DNA of 20,000 nucleotides from an uncultured virus (IMG/VR IMGVR_UViG_3300029305_001816) (IMGVR_UViG_3300029305_001816:52739-72738), one strand, 5' to 3'; positions 1-8,658 are shown, counted from the first letter of the stretch. Made by a program: numbers and translations. Notes: generated from the letters alone by a model not told the origin.

Positions 1-1
1 G

Positions 2-1123
2 ATTTCAAGTGGTGCGGAATTGAATTTTGAAGTTGTTGGTGGCACGACAAAGCCTGCGAATCCTATTGAGAATACAATCTGGGTCAATACGGAGAATGAA
101 ATTACTAGCTGGATTTTCAGTGCCACAGAGCCGTATGGTAATTCTCTTGTAATATCTGCAAATCACAGTATCAATAGCAGTTCTACGAAAGTATCCATTG
201 TGGACAACAGTAATAATGCAATTATAGCTTCGCAGACAGTTACAGGCACAACCTATTATTCCGTATTCACCGATGTAGTAATTTCCTTCACAACTGCGGA
301 TGGTTCAAAAGGTACACTGACTTGCTCGGTAAGACAGAACACAACCCCGTTCTTCGTTGGCACGGTTGTTGTAGACGGTGTTGCTGTAGGTACTGTTAGT
401 ATAGGTACAGGTACAAACAGTTCCTATGCGTGGAACGGTGCACAGACAATTTCTTACACAAAAAACAGCGCAGAAGACGGTATGGTGTGGATTGTTACCT
501 CTGCTGTATCAGATTTCGAGTTCAATGCCCTGAAAAAGAATGCTGTTCAAGTTTATCCTAACTCATTGAAACAATATGTTTCAGGAGAATGGGTGGAAAA
601 GCCTACAGAGTTGTATCAGAACGGTGCATGGACTCAGTTTATCGATAAAGGATATCTGTATTATTACAGCCAGCAAAGTTATGAATGGGAAGCGGTAGCG
701 CAAAAATGTGTAAATGCCTCCAACAATGCCGCAGTTGCTCCCGTGCCCTATTATAATTCCGATGGTTCTGTAAAAATATCCTTTACTCCCCTAAGCGGTT
801 CTAGGTGCTCAGGTATTTTCTGGCTTGCCGAGGATTTTGATTTAACAAATTACTCTACATTGGAAATATCGTTAGGAGAATGCTACAAACCAAGTGTTCA
901 GATTATGCTGGTTGTTACCAAACGTAACACATACTGGGGAACTGACTCGACCTATAGCTCTGGAACAGCTTACGCATATCTTAATATTACCACTGCACTG
1001 TCCAATACAATCCAAACGCTTGATGTGTCTGGCATTTCCGGAGAAAAGTGTATCGGAATCGGATTCAATGAAGGCTCTGCATGTTACGCAACGATGAATT
1101 ATCTTAAAGCAAAATCTGATTAA
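2..1123 (+). CDS. Tail fibre / receptor-binding protein, C-terminal part (5'-truncated by window edge)
   Basis: The frame is open from position 2 (ISSGAELNFEVVGG...), upstream of the TTG at 20 used by the ORF track. Composition is S/T/G-rich and beta-strand-like, with 'P..ENTIWV' and 'EDGMVWI' motifs. It is followed by two small chaperone-sized genes. Confidence 0.6.
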   Translation: MSSGAELNFEVVGGTTKPANPIENTIWVNTENEITSWIFSATEPYGNSLVISANHSINSSSTKVSIVDNSNNAIIASQTVTGTTYYSVFTDVVISFTTADGSKGTLTCSVRQNTTPFFVGTVVVDGVAVGTVSIGTGTNSSYAWNGAQTISYTKNSAEDGMVWIVTSAVSDFEFNALKKNAVQVYPNSLKQYVSGEWVEKPTELYQNGAWTQFIDKGYLYYYSQQSYEWEAVAQKCVNASNNAAVAPVPYYNSDGSVKISFTPLSGSRCSGIFWLAEDFDLTNYSTLEISLGECYKPSVQIMLVVTKRNTYWGTDSTYSSGTAYAYLNITTALSNTIQTLDVSGISGEKCIGIGFNEGSACYATMNYLKAKSD

Positions 1124-1138
1124 GCGAGGTATATTATT

Positions 1139-1426
1139 ATGTTTTACATTGATTCTGAATATAAATGCCACGCAACAAATCCCAATGGCGAGTACAGAGC
1201 TATAGATAAGGAACTGTTTAATGGCATGAGCGACACCTTCATTGAGGGCTATCGGTATATCCCTGAAGGTGAAAGCTGGACACGCTCTGACGGTGTTACC
1301 TTCAAGGGCGAAATGGTTGCACCGTGGAAGCCCTACAATGAACTGGATACGGCACAGCGAGAATATGAAAGAGAAAAACTTACTGAATGCACAGAAGCGT
1401 TACAGGTACTGGGGGTAGAAGTATGA
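1139..1426 (+). CDS. Small tail-fibre-associated protein (possible assembly chaperone)
   Basis: 95 aa with a GAGGT RBS upstream, directly after the fibre gene. Function is inferred from position only. Confidence 0.5.
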   Translation: MFYIDSEYKCHATNPNGEYRAIDKELFNGMSDTFIEGYRYIPEGESWTRSDGVTFKGEMVAPWKPYNELDTAQREYEREKLTECTEALQVLGVEV

Positions 1427-1863
1427 CGATTTTAGAACAAGTTCAGGCAATTAGAGACGCTATGGATAAGGCAGGTATTTTTCTAACCTCTGCACAGGCT
1501 GCAAGTGTAAAATACTTATTCAAGCCTTGGAGAGCAATTGATGACAACGACGTTGCAATCCATTTTAACGTTGGTGATAGACGTAGATATGGCGAGTTTG
1601 TGTACGAGTGCCGTCAGGAGCATGATGCTGAAGCACACAACACTCCTGACATGATTCCTGCGTTGTGGTTGAAACTTGATGTTGAACACGCTGGCACTTT
1701 AGAAGACCCAATTCCATACTCTACTGGTATGGAGATTTTCAACGGTAAATATTATATTGAAAATGAGATTCTATATCTATGCAACAGAGATAGCGGTACT
1801 CCTCTTTATCACGACATGTCTGCATTGGTTGGTCTATATGTCGAAGTGGTCGTGGCTGAATAA
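1423..1863 (+). CDS. Tail-associated protein with carbohydrate-binding-module-like (CBM5/12-type) motif
   Basis: The ATG at 1423 overlaps the previous stop (ATGA). Motif FNVGDRRRYGEFVYECRQEH...P...PALW, followed by GTLEDPIPY...YY. Confidence 0.55.
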   Translation: MTILEQVQAIRDAMDKAGIFLTSAQAASVKYLFKPWRAIDDNDVAIHFNVGDRRRYGEFVYECRQEHDAEAHNTPDMIPALWLKLDVEHAGTLEDPIPYSTGMEIFNGKYYIENEILYLCNRDSGTPLYHDMSALVGLYVEVVVAE

Positions 1864-1907
1864 TATTTGTAAAATAGATTGATAACTAATAAATTAATAA
1901 AGTTATA

Positions 1908-1939
1908 AGGGTGGCATATTTAATGCCACCCTGTTTTTT
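1908..1939 (+). terminator. Rho-independent terminator
   Basis: AGGGTGGCAT-attta-ATGCCACCCT (10-bp stem) followed by GTTTTTT. Confidence 0.85.
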
Positions 1940-1987
1940 GTTAAAATAAAAGGCTTTGTTAAAAGTTTGAAAAGGAGTGTGAATTAA

Positions 1988-2473
1988 ATGCCTCGTTTAT
2001 ACGTAAATGAAGGAGAAGGTACAAAGGTCAAAGTCAAAAGAACATGGTCAAACCATAGTTATCACGAAGGTGGCTGGGGTACTAGCAATTTTTGTGATGG
2101 TATTATGTATAATGATGGCGAATATGTCAGAGATAACACAATTTGGTATGGAACAGACGTATTTATGTTTTATGTTGAAGCAAAAGAAGGATATGAGCTT
2201 GATTATTATAGCTTTGGATTACAAGAGTGGCCTTTTTTGCTTAAGAATTTTTCTTATGCTCCAAGTACGGACGGTTTAATAAGATATACATTGACATATG
2301 ACGGTGATGCTAGTATCACTACTAGTGCAACACCTATTGCAACTACTCGCATTTATGATGGGAATAGTTCTAGTTGGAATAGATATGCTATTTATATATA
2401 CGATGCAAGTTCTGGTTGGCAAAGATATACTCCATATGTTTATGATGGTTCTGATTGGAGTAGATATAGTTAA
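1988..2473 (+). CDS. Hypothetical virion/tail protein
   Basis: AAGGAG RBS. The C-terminus has three (I/V)YD...W.RY repeats, and the gene lies in the tail module. Confidence 0.5.
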   Translation: MPRLYVNEGEGTKVKVKRTWSNHSYHEGGWGTSNFCDGIMYNDGEYVRDNTIWYGTDVFMFYVEAKEGYELDYYSFGLQEWPFLLKNFSYAPSTDGLIRYTLTYDGDASITTSATPIATTRIYDGNSSSWNRYAIYIYDASSGWQRYTPYVYDGSDWSRYS

Positions 2474-2491
2474 GTAATCGAGGGTGTATAT

Positions 2492-2731
2492 ATGTTATTA
2501 ACAAAAATAACAAATTATATTAAACAGATGTTTTGTCGTCCTAAGTATTATAATGAAAAATATGGTTTGTATAATATTGTTGGCATCAAATATCGAATTG
2601 ATTATTTAAAGGCAGATGCATTAATCGTTACAGATGATGGAATATGGTATAAAGTACCTTATATTTGGTTAATAAAAAACTCAATGGATGAAAATGGACA
2701 TCCTGTTCAGATAAATAATAAATGGATTTAA
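2492..2731 (+). CDS. Hypothetical protein
   Basis: 79 aa with a GAGGGT RBS, co-directional with its neighbours. Confidence 0.5.
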   Translation: MLLTKITNYIKQMFCRPKYYNEKYGLYNIVGIKYRIDYLKADALIVTDDGIWYKVPYIWLIKNSMDENGHPVQINNKWI

Positions 2732-2824
2732 TTATTTATAAAATATAAATATATAACTAATAAAAAATGAAATTATGAAACTGCCATAAGCAAAACTATA
2801 AATAAAATGGAAGGGTGATTGATA

Positions 2825-3103
2825 ATGGCAGAGACTAAAGACAAAGTTGTTACTGTAGAATCTTTGTCAGTTTTACATGAACACAATAAAGGGACTTACA
2901 TGCCAATGGTTAACCCTGTTGGCAGTGGAACAATGACAATAGATGGTGATGGGAGCTTTTCTGGAAATTTAAATGTAAGCTCTATAACCATAAGTTCAAA
3001 TGTGAAATTAATTCCCAATGAAGATGGGATTGAAATAGTATTCTTAAATCAAAATACAACAACAGAAGAAACGTCTGAAGAAGAAATTGTAGAAGAAAGT
3101 TGA
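2825..3103 (+). CDS. Hypothetical tail-module protein with acidic C-terminus
   Basis: AAGGGTG RBS before the ATG at 2825; ends in EETSEEEIVEES. Confidence 0.55.
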   Translation: MAETKDKVVTVESLSVLHEHNKGTYMPMVNPVGSGTMTIDGDGSFSGNLNVSSITISSNVKLIPNEDGIEIVFLNQNTTTEETSEEEIVEES

Positions 3104-3115
3104 TGGTGATGTTTA

Positions 3116-4618
3116 ATGGCAACTGTTTCTAAGTGGACTCCATTTGGAGTTGCTTTAAATATTACTGCAACTGGCAGCACTGTAACTAGAAAATCTGCTA
3201 CTCAATATACAGTGAAAATTAATGTTTCTTGGGAGACTTATTGGGATGGAGCTAAAACAAATTACGGTATGACAGCTTCATCTGGTGGCGTTACTAAAAC
3301 TATAAGTGCATTTGATGGCACTAAAAGAAGTAGTGGAAGCAGTTCTTTTACAGGTACATATTCTATTAGCGGAAATGGTTCTGCAACAAAAACAATTACT
3401 GTTACTTTTAAAAACTTTAATACGGATAACGATGATTCAGCTACTAAGACCGTAAGTTTTAGCGTAGCCGTTCCTGCTTGGACTTCTTACACAGTTAAAT
3501 ACAACGCCAATGGTGGCTCTGGCGCTCCTTCTAGTCAAACAAAATGGAAAGACCAAACTCTTAAACTTTCAACTACTAAACCGACAAGAACTGGATATAC
3601 CTTTCAAGGCTGGGGAACTTCCACTAGCGATACAAGTATAGACTATGCTGCTGGTGCAAATTATACAACGAACGCAAGTATTACTTTGTATGCCATCTGG
3701 AAAGCGATTACTTACACAGTTAAATACAACGCCAATGGTGGCTCTGGTGCTCCTGCTAGTCAAACAAAAACATACGGTAAGTCCTTGACTTTAAGCACGA
3801 CAAAGCCAACAAGAACGTCTGTAGATGATAATGGTACTTTGACAACATACACATTTAAAGGTTGGGCTACTTCCGCTACATCAACTTCTGTCGCTTATAA
3901 AGCTGGTGCGAGTTATACAGCAAATGCCGCAATTACTTTATATGCTGTTTGGAGTAAAACAGTTTCTACAAGTACGTTCGATGTTTCATATAACACCAAT
4001 GGTGGCTCAGAAGTTATATCTCAAATAAAAATTAATGGAGAAACACTTGTATTAAGAAGTACGGTTCCTGTTAAAAATGGATATACATTTGTTGGATGGG
4101 GCTTATCTGCTGATTCTACCACTGTTTCTTATTCTGCTGGCGGAGATTATACGCTAGATGAAGACATTGTTTTATATGCTATTTGGACTCCTTGGAGTCA
4201 TACAGTTGCTTTCGATGCAAATGGTGGAACAGGAAGTTTGCCAGAAAGCTTTATTGCAACTACTGGAACAGACGATATAATAATTCCAAATTGTTCTCTT
4301 ACTAATGGAAATTATGTGTTTAAATATTGGTCTACTACCCCTAGTGGTTCTGGCGGAAAGAAGTATTATGTTGGCGACGGTTATACTGGTGTAAAAAATG
4401 GTGGAACAGTTACTCTTTATGCGGTTTGGGATGAAACCAATATCTATTTATATGCCAATGGACAATGTAAGGCAAGTGAATTCATTGAAGATAATTCGTA
4501 TAGTTTTAATAGTGATGGCACAATTCATTATGCCCAATTTATAGAGGGTAGTCCGTCTATTAATTTTAATTCAACGGCTTTTTATGCGGCAGAATTATTG
4601 GAGCGCATCATTGTGTAA
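3116..4618 (+). CDS. InlB B-repeat (Listeria-Bacteroides repeat / Flg_new) containing virion-associated protein
   Basis: Four repeats of the pattern (Y/F)(N/D)(A/T)NGG...Y.F..W...Y..G..Y......LYA(I/V)W. Confidence 0.85.
   Translation: MATVSKWTPFGVALNITATGSTVTRKSATQYTVKINVSWETYWDGAKTNYGMTASSGGVTKTISAFDGTKRSSGSSSFTGTYSISGNGSATKTITVTFKNFNTDNDDSATKTVSFSVAVPAWTSYTVKYNANGGSGAPSSQTKWKDQTLKLSTTKPTRTGYTFQGWGTSTSDTSIDYAAGANYTTNASITLYAIWKAITYTVKYNANGGSGAPASQTKTYGKSLTLSTTKPTRTSVDDNGTLTTYTFKGWATSATSTSVAYKAGASYTANAAITLYAVWSKTVSTSTFDVSYNTNGGSEVISQIKINGETLVLRSTVPVKNGYTFVGWGLSADSTTVSYSAGGDYTLDEDIVLYAIWTPWSHTVAFDANGGTGSLPESFIATTGTDDIIIPNCSLTNGNYVFKYWSTTPSGSGGKKYYVGDGYTGVKNGGTVTLYAVWDETNIYLYANGQCKASEFIEDNSYSFNSDGTIHYAQFIEGSPSINFNSTAFYAAELLERIIV
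3486..3769 (+). repeat. 59-bp near-identical direct repeat (3486-3544 and 3711-3769)
   Basis: CTTACACAGTTAAATACAACGCCAATGGTGGCTCTGG(C/T)GCTCCT(T/G)CTAGTCAAACAAAA with 2 mismatches and a 225-bp period; these are the starts of B-repeats 1 and 2. Confidence 0.95.
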
Positions 4619-4643
4619 TAATATATTTTATGGAGGTATATGA

Positions 4644-5096
4644 ATGGCGAATAAAAGAATAACAGATGTTGATTATATAGATAAATTAGACCCAAACGAT
4701 TCTATTTTTGTAAACTCAGATAATGCTATTAAACAGGTTCCCAGCGGAAGTATTATTATCCCTGTTGAGAACGGCGGAACTGGTGTCAGCACTACAGAAG
4801 AAATTATAGAAACGCTCGGTTTAAGTCCACTTGCTACTACAAACATTGTGCCTGTCACAAAGGGAGGTACTGGCGCTGTCAATGCTACTGCTGCCAGAGC
4901 TAATTTAGGATTAGGCCCTCTTGCCGCCATAGACGTAGTACCAGTTGCTAATGGTGGTACTGGTGCGGCTGAAGGAAACGTTGGTCTTGCAAATTTATTT
5001 GCTTCTGGCATTACAACTTTAACATATGGCTTGCAATATGGTGACACTCTCCCCTCTTCTGGTATTGAGGGGCAAATTTTCTTTGTGAAAATTTAA
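4644..5096 (+). CDS. Tail fibre shaft-like protein
   Basis: Three PV..GGTG repeats, the first two followed by LGL (e.g. PVTKGGTGAVNATAARANLGL), typical of phage fibre shafts. GGAGGT RBS. Confidence 0.7.
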   Translation: MANKRITDVDYIDKLDPNDSIFVNSDNAIKQVPSGSIIIPVENGGTGVSTTEEIIETLGLSPLATTNIVPVTKGGTGAVNATAARANLGLGPLAAIDVVPVANGGTGAAEGNVGLANLFASGITTLTYGLQYGDTLPSSGIEGQIFFVKI

Positions 5097-5116
5097 CTTA
5101 AAGAGGTGATTTGGCA

Positions 5117-5707
5117 ATGGCACAATTAAAAGATAGTATAATTGATGGAAACTTAGAAGTTACTGGTGAAGTAATTTTAAAAACAAATAACAATGGTATA
5201 AAAAGCATTCATCCTGATACTGGTGAAGTGCATAAATTGCTTCATATGAGTCAATTTGGCAATACAATACTTGGTTATGACGGATATGTCAATGCAAATG
5301 GAAACTCTCATATATATGGAAATGATATCGTTAATTATATTGCATCTGCTGGCAATGTAGAGTTTAGACCTTATTATAGAGCCGGGGATGTTTTAAGTTT
5401 TCAATATAGAGGCGCAGGATATGTTACTAATAGCGGAAAAAATGTAGTGTTTACAATTCCGATTACAAAGCCTGTAATTGGCGCTCCTACAGCAACTGCT
5501 GAAAGTGGCAGCGGTTTTGTGTTAAGACAGAATAATAATTATACTCATGGTTCTGCTGCGAGTACTTATGTGAAGCCTACGAGCTATTCTATAGATGCAA
5601 ATTATAATAGTGGATTTATCGTAACAGCAGTTTTTGATGATACGACAAATGTTATTAATAATAATGCTATCGGTATTTATTGGGATGGTACTATAACATT
5701 AAGTTAA
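5117..5707 (+). CDS. Hypothetical tail/structural protein (last gene of module)
   Basis: GAGGTG RBS 8 nt before the ATG at 5117; beta-rich composition; followed by a terminator. Confidence 0.55.
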   Translation: MAQLKDSIIDGNLEVTGEVILKTNNNGIKSIHPDTGEVHKLLHMSQFGNTILGYDGYVNANGNSHIYGNDIVNYIASAGNVEFRPYYRAGDVLSFQYRGAGYVTNSGKNVVFTIPITKPVIGAPTATAESGSGFVLRQNNNYTHGSAASTYVKPTSYSIDANYNSGFIVTAVFDDTTNVINNNAIGIYWDGTITLS

Positions 5708-5724
5708 AATTAAGATAAAATTTT

Positions 5725-5759
5725 AGGAAACATGATAATATTCATGTTTCCTTTTTTTT
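5725..5759 (+). terminator. Rho-independent terminator ending the structural operon
   Basis: AGGAAACATGA-taatat-TCATGTTTCCT followed by a T-run. Confidence 0.85.
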
Positions 5760-5886
5760 ACGATTTTTCATTTTGTTTATTTATGTTTTTCTCACCATAT
5801 TTTCTTGCAAAGTATTCAGCTAGTCTATTTATATTTATTTTTTTATTTTCTATAACTTTAATTGTTATTTCTCTTTCTTTTCGCAT
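5758..5886 (-). CDS. Small basic protein, 42 aa (absent from the ORF track)
   Basis: The minus strand reads GGAGAAGGACT-ATG...TAA and encodes MRKEREITIKVIENKKININRLAEYFARKYGEKNINKQNEKS. It is divergent from the recombinase. Confidence 0.65.
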   Translation of the reverse strand: MRKEREITIKVIENKKININRLAEYFARKYGEKNINKQNEKS

Positions 5887-5938
5887 AGTCCTTCTCCTTA
5901 TCCTCTCTTTATTTTATATAACCTTATTGGTTATGTAT

Positions 5939-5986
5939 TTAAGTAAATATCAGACATTGATTAACTTTTGTCGGATATTTACTTAA
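5939..5986. other. 48-bp imperfect palindrome, candidate attP or regulator site
   Basis: TTAAGTAAATATCAGACA-12 nt-TGTCGGATATTTACTTAA (17/18 paired), about 230 bp upstream of the serine recombinase. Confidence 0.45.
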
Positions 5987-6041
5987 GTGTGTATTTGTGA
6001 ATGTATGCATATTTATTATATTAAAATAATAATTTTATATT

Positions 6042-6077
6042 GTCAATATACGGGCTATAGTCAATATACGGGCTATA
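6042..6077. repeat. Perfect 18-bp tandem duplication
   Basis: GTCAATATACGGGCTATA x2, overlapping a minus-strand TTGACA at 6041-6046. Confidence 0.95.
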
Positions 6078-6218
6078 TTTTTATTTTTATCAGACCTTTT
6101 TATTTCTCTTATTGTGAATATTATGTTAATATTAAATTAAGCAATAGGAGGTGGTTATCATGTGATTATAACTAAGAAAGTTATAACTTATAACCATATT
6201 TATTAAAGGAGTGGTACT

Positions 6219-7859
6219 ATGGCAAGTATGACGAGAACAATAGAACGAGATAGGCGAAGAAAAGTTGCAGTTGCTTACGCTCGGTTCTCTTCCAACAATC
6301 AACGTGAAGAAAGTATTGACGCTCAATTAAGGGCAATCCGTGAGTATTGTGAAAAAGAGAATATCGAGTTAATAGCAGAGTTTACAGATGAAGCTCAAAG
6401 TGGTAAAACGGATAACCGTGAAGACTTCCAAAACATGATTAACAAATTGCTTAAAGGTCATATCCAAGCTGATTATGTTTTGGTTCATAAGTTTAATCGT
6501 TTTGCTAGAAACAAATTTGACAGTGCTTTATATAAGAAGAAACTAAGAGATATAGATGTTAAGGTTGTTTCTGTATCTCAAAAGATTGATGATACCCCAG
6601 AGGGCGAATTGCTTGAAGGTTTTCTTGAAACTATTGACCAATATTATAGTGCTAACCTTGCTGCTGAGGTAAGGAAAGGTCTTAGAGAAAACGCATTAAA
6701 AGGTAAACACGCTGGTGGTCAAGTGTTGTTCGGGTACTCTCTTGACAAAGATGGCTATTATGTTCCAAATGAAAATGCTAAGATTGTTAAACGCATTTTT
6801 GAAGAATATGTAGCTGGATATCCTAAAACAGAAATCTGCGAAAGACTTAATAAAGAAGGTTATCGCAATCAGCGTGGCAAGCTGTTTAATACTCGCACAC
6901 TATATGACCTTTTAAGAAATGAAAAGTATATTGGCAACTATGTGTATACAATAGACAAGAAAGAAACAGTTCGACTTGATGGGATTATCAAAGACCACCC
7001 TATCGACATGAAGCTTTGGAATGAAGCACAGGAATTGTGTAAAAACGCAAGTGAAAAAGCGCAAGCTAGACAAAGAACACAAAAGCGTTTTTACCATCTA
7101 ACTGGAAAAGCTTATTGTAAAGAATGTGGTAGCAAGATTTGTGCTAATGGTTCTAAACGTTCAAATGGCAATGGCAAGTTAAATTACTATTACCAATGCG
7201 TGGGAAAAGTAAAGCACAAGAATGGATGTAAAAATCCTGCGCTCAATAAAGACTGGGTAGAGCCAAAAGTTTTAAAGACAATTATGAATGTTGTTATGAA
7301 TGAAGAAATGGTCAAACAGATTGCTCAGGTTGCTTTTGAAGAAATTATTGCGATGAGAGATGCACCTGTTGTGACTACTGCTCAACTTAAAAAAGAGCTT
7401 GCTCAAATCGATAAGAAACAAGAGAGATTAAGAGATTTGTATATCGACGGAAATATGAGCAAAGAAATACTTGATGAAAAAAACGGTGAGTTGGCAAGAC
7501 GAAGATATCAAATCGAAGATGAGTTAGAAAAGAGAAAAAATATCTTTGAAGCTGAGGATATTTCACCAGAAGACATTGAAAAATTCATCATCCAATATGT
7601 CGAAGATATTCAAGAAGAATATGACCAATCAGATGATGAATTTAAGAGAATCATGATTAGTACTTTTGTAGAAAGGATTGATGTGAGCAGAGAGAAAGTA
7701 ACTGTTCATGTCCATACTCCATTTGGTCGTATGGACAGAAATTTTTTTGAAGACAGAGGTGATAAGCCGTGTTATACGGGAGTGATACACCGCTTATCAA
7801 CCGTCAAAGTAGAGCGGTCTTTCCCTCGCAAAAAGAATATTCACGGCAGATTAGACTAA
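6219..7859 (+). CDS. Large serine recombinase (phage integrase)
   Basis: N-terminal catalytic YARFSS...Q...SI..Q and NRFARN motifs; recombinase domain FGY...LRNEKYIG; Zn ribbon CKECG...YYQC...C; coiled coil; AAGGAG RBS. Confidence 0.95.
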   Translation: MASMTRTIERDRRRKVAVAYARFSSNNQREESIDAQLRAIREYCEKENIELIAEFTDEAQSGKTDNREDFQNMINKLLKGHIQADYVLVHKFNRFARNKFDSALYKKKLRDIDVKVVSVSQKIDDTPEGELLEGFLETIDQYYSANLAAEVRKGLRENALKGKHAGGQVLFGYSLDKDGYYVPNENAKIVKRIFEEYVAGYPKTEICERLNKEGYRNQRGKLFNTRTLYDLLRNEKYIGNYVYTIDKKETVRLDGIIKDHPIDMKLWNEAQELCKNASEKAQARQRTQKRFYHLTGKAYCKECGSKICANGSKRSNGNGKLNYYYQCVGKVKHKNGCKNPALNKDWVEPKVLKTIMNVVMNEEMVKQIAQVAFEEIIAMRDAPVVTTAQLKKELAQIDKKQERLRDLYIDGNMSKEILDEKNGELARRRYQIEDELEKRKNIFEAEDISPEDIEKFIIQYVEDIQEEYDQSDDEFKRIMISTFVERIDVSREKVTVHVHTPFGRMDRNFFEDRGDKPCYTGVIHRLSTVKVERSFPRKKNIHGRLD

Positions 7860-7990
7860 TATTAAGTTAACAAAGATTATAACACACCACAGCGTAAAAG
7901 GAAGTGAAAATATTTCACACAAAGTTATCGCAAGGTTTGACCCCTTGTGGTAACTTTGTATCATATCAAACTTTCAGGTAGGTGTAACTT

Positions 7991-8224
7991 ATGAAGAGCG
8001 AAAAAGAATTATTTGACCTTGCTAAAAGATATGCGCATTTAGAAGACCAGTTTCAAATAGCAGCCATAGAATTTGAGATAGAAGAAATCAAAGAAGCAAT
8101 GGAAGAAATATTGAATACTCTTTTAGAGAAAAGATATGACCCTGATAAATTTGTAGCCTATAAAAAGATGTACAAAGAAATGACTATCGGAGAATATTTT
8201 GAATTTATAAAAACACTTGAATAG
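7991..8224 (+). CDS. Hypothetical small acidic helical protein
   Basis: 77 aa with an AGGTG RBS, immediately downstream of the integrase. Confidence 0.65.
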   Translation: MKSEKELFDLAKRYAHLEDQFQIAAIEFEIEEIKEAMEEILNTLLEKRYDPDKFVAYKKMYKEMTIGEYFEFIKTLE

Positions 8225-8237
8225 GAGATGGAGCATC

Positions 8238-8615
8238 ATGGAAGCCACACAATATATTAGAAGGAACAAAAAAGAAAGAGCTGTAATTTATGTCCGAGGT
8301 GAAAATGAAGCAGCGCAAGAATTAAAGTGTAGAGCGTATGCAGCCGATAAAGGTTATAAGGTTTCATTTGTAACAAGACATATTGAAGATGTAAATCTTT
8401 GTGATGTACTGTTGGTTGCACATCCTACAAGAATTAGTCGTAAGCAAATGACATTTGTTAAGACTTATAAGTTGTTTAAGGCAAGAGGTATTAGAATAGA
8501 AAGTGCAAATGGATGTGATATCGGTTCTCTGTTTTCTGCAAAAGATATGTATGAACAAATTGAAAAATTAAAGAAAGAATATGCAGAACGAGAAAAGAAT
8601 AAGCAACAAGATTAA
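8238..8615 (+). CDS. Resolvase N-terminal-domain-like protein lacking the catalytic serine
   Basis: RAVIYVRG...AQ...CRAYA...G...DVLLV....RISR...L...GIRIES aligns by eye with the serine-recombinase catalytic fold. The YxRxS nucleophile position reads YVRGE. Start is the ATG at 8238 (GGAG RBS); alternative TTG at 8217. Confidence 0.7.
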   Translation: MEATQYIRRNKKERAVIYVRGENEAAQELKCRAYAADKGYKVSFVTRHIEDVNLCDVLLVAHPTRISRKQMTFVKTYKLFKARGIRIESANGCDIGSLFSAKDMYEQIEKLKKEYAEREKNKQQD

Positions 8616-8623
8616 AAAGGTAA

Positions 8624-8652
8624 TTGACCTTAAATTGTTATGCTAGTATAAT
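8624..8652 (+). promoter_or_regulatory. Sigma-A promoter
   Basis: TTGACC (8624-8629), 17 bp, TATAAT (8647-8652). Confidence 0.75.
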
Positions 8653-8658
8653 AAAAAC

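Noticed and set aside
5732..6175. ORFs 5732-5986 and 5987-6175 (+), and 6132-6326 (-)
   Set aside because: They are low-complexity AT-rich frames overlapping a terminator and regulatory DNA. The minus-strand 42-aa ORF with an RBS explains the region better.
1..7859. Tail-fibre shufflon or DGR driven by the neighbouring recombinase
   Set aside because: All tail genes are on one strand. I saw no inverted crossover repeats, no adenine-specific TR/VR pair and no reverse transcriptase, and the recombinase is integrase-type.
7930..7949. Resemblance of the hairpin apex GCAAGGTTTGACCCCTTGTG to the tRNA-Leu(TAG) anticodon arm
   Set aside because: It is a 17/20 match largely imposed by a short self-complementary stem, with no other tRNA remnants nearby. 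Probably chance.
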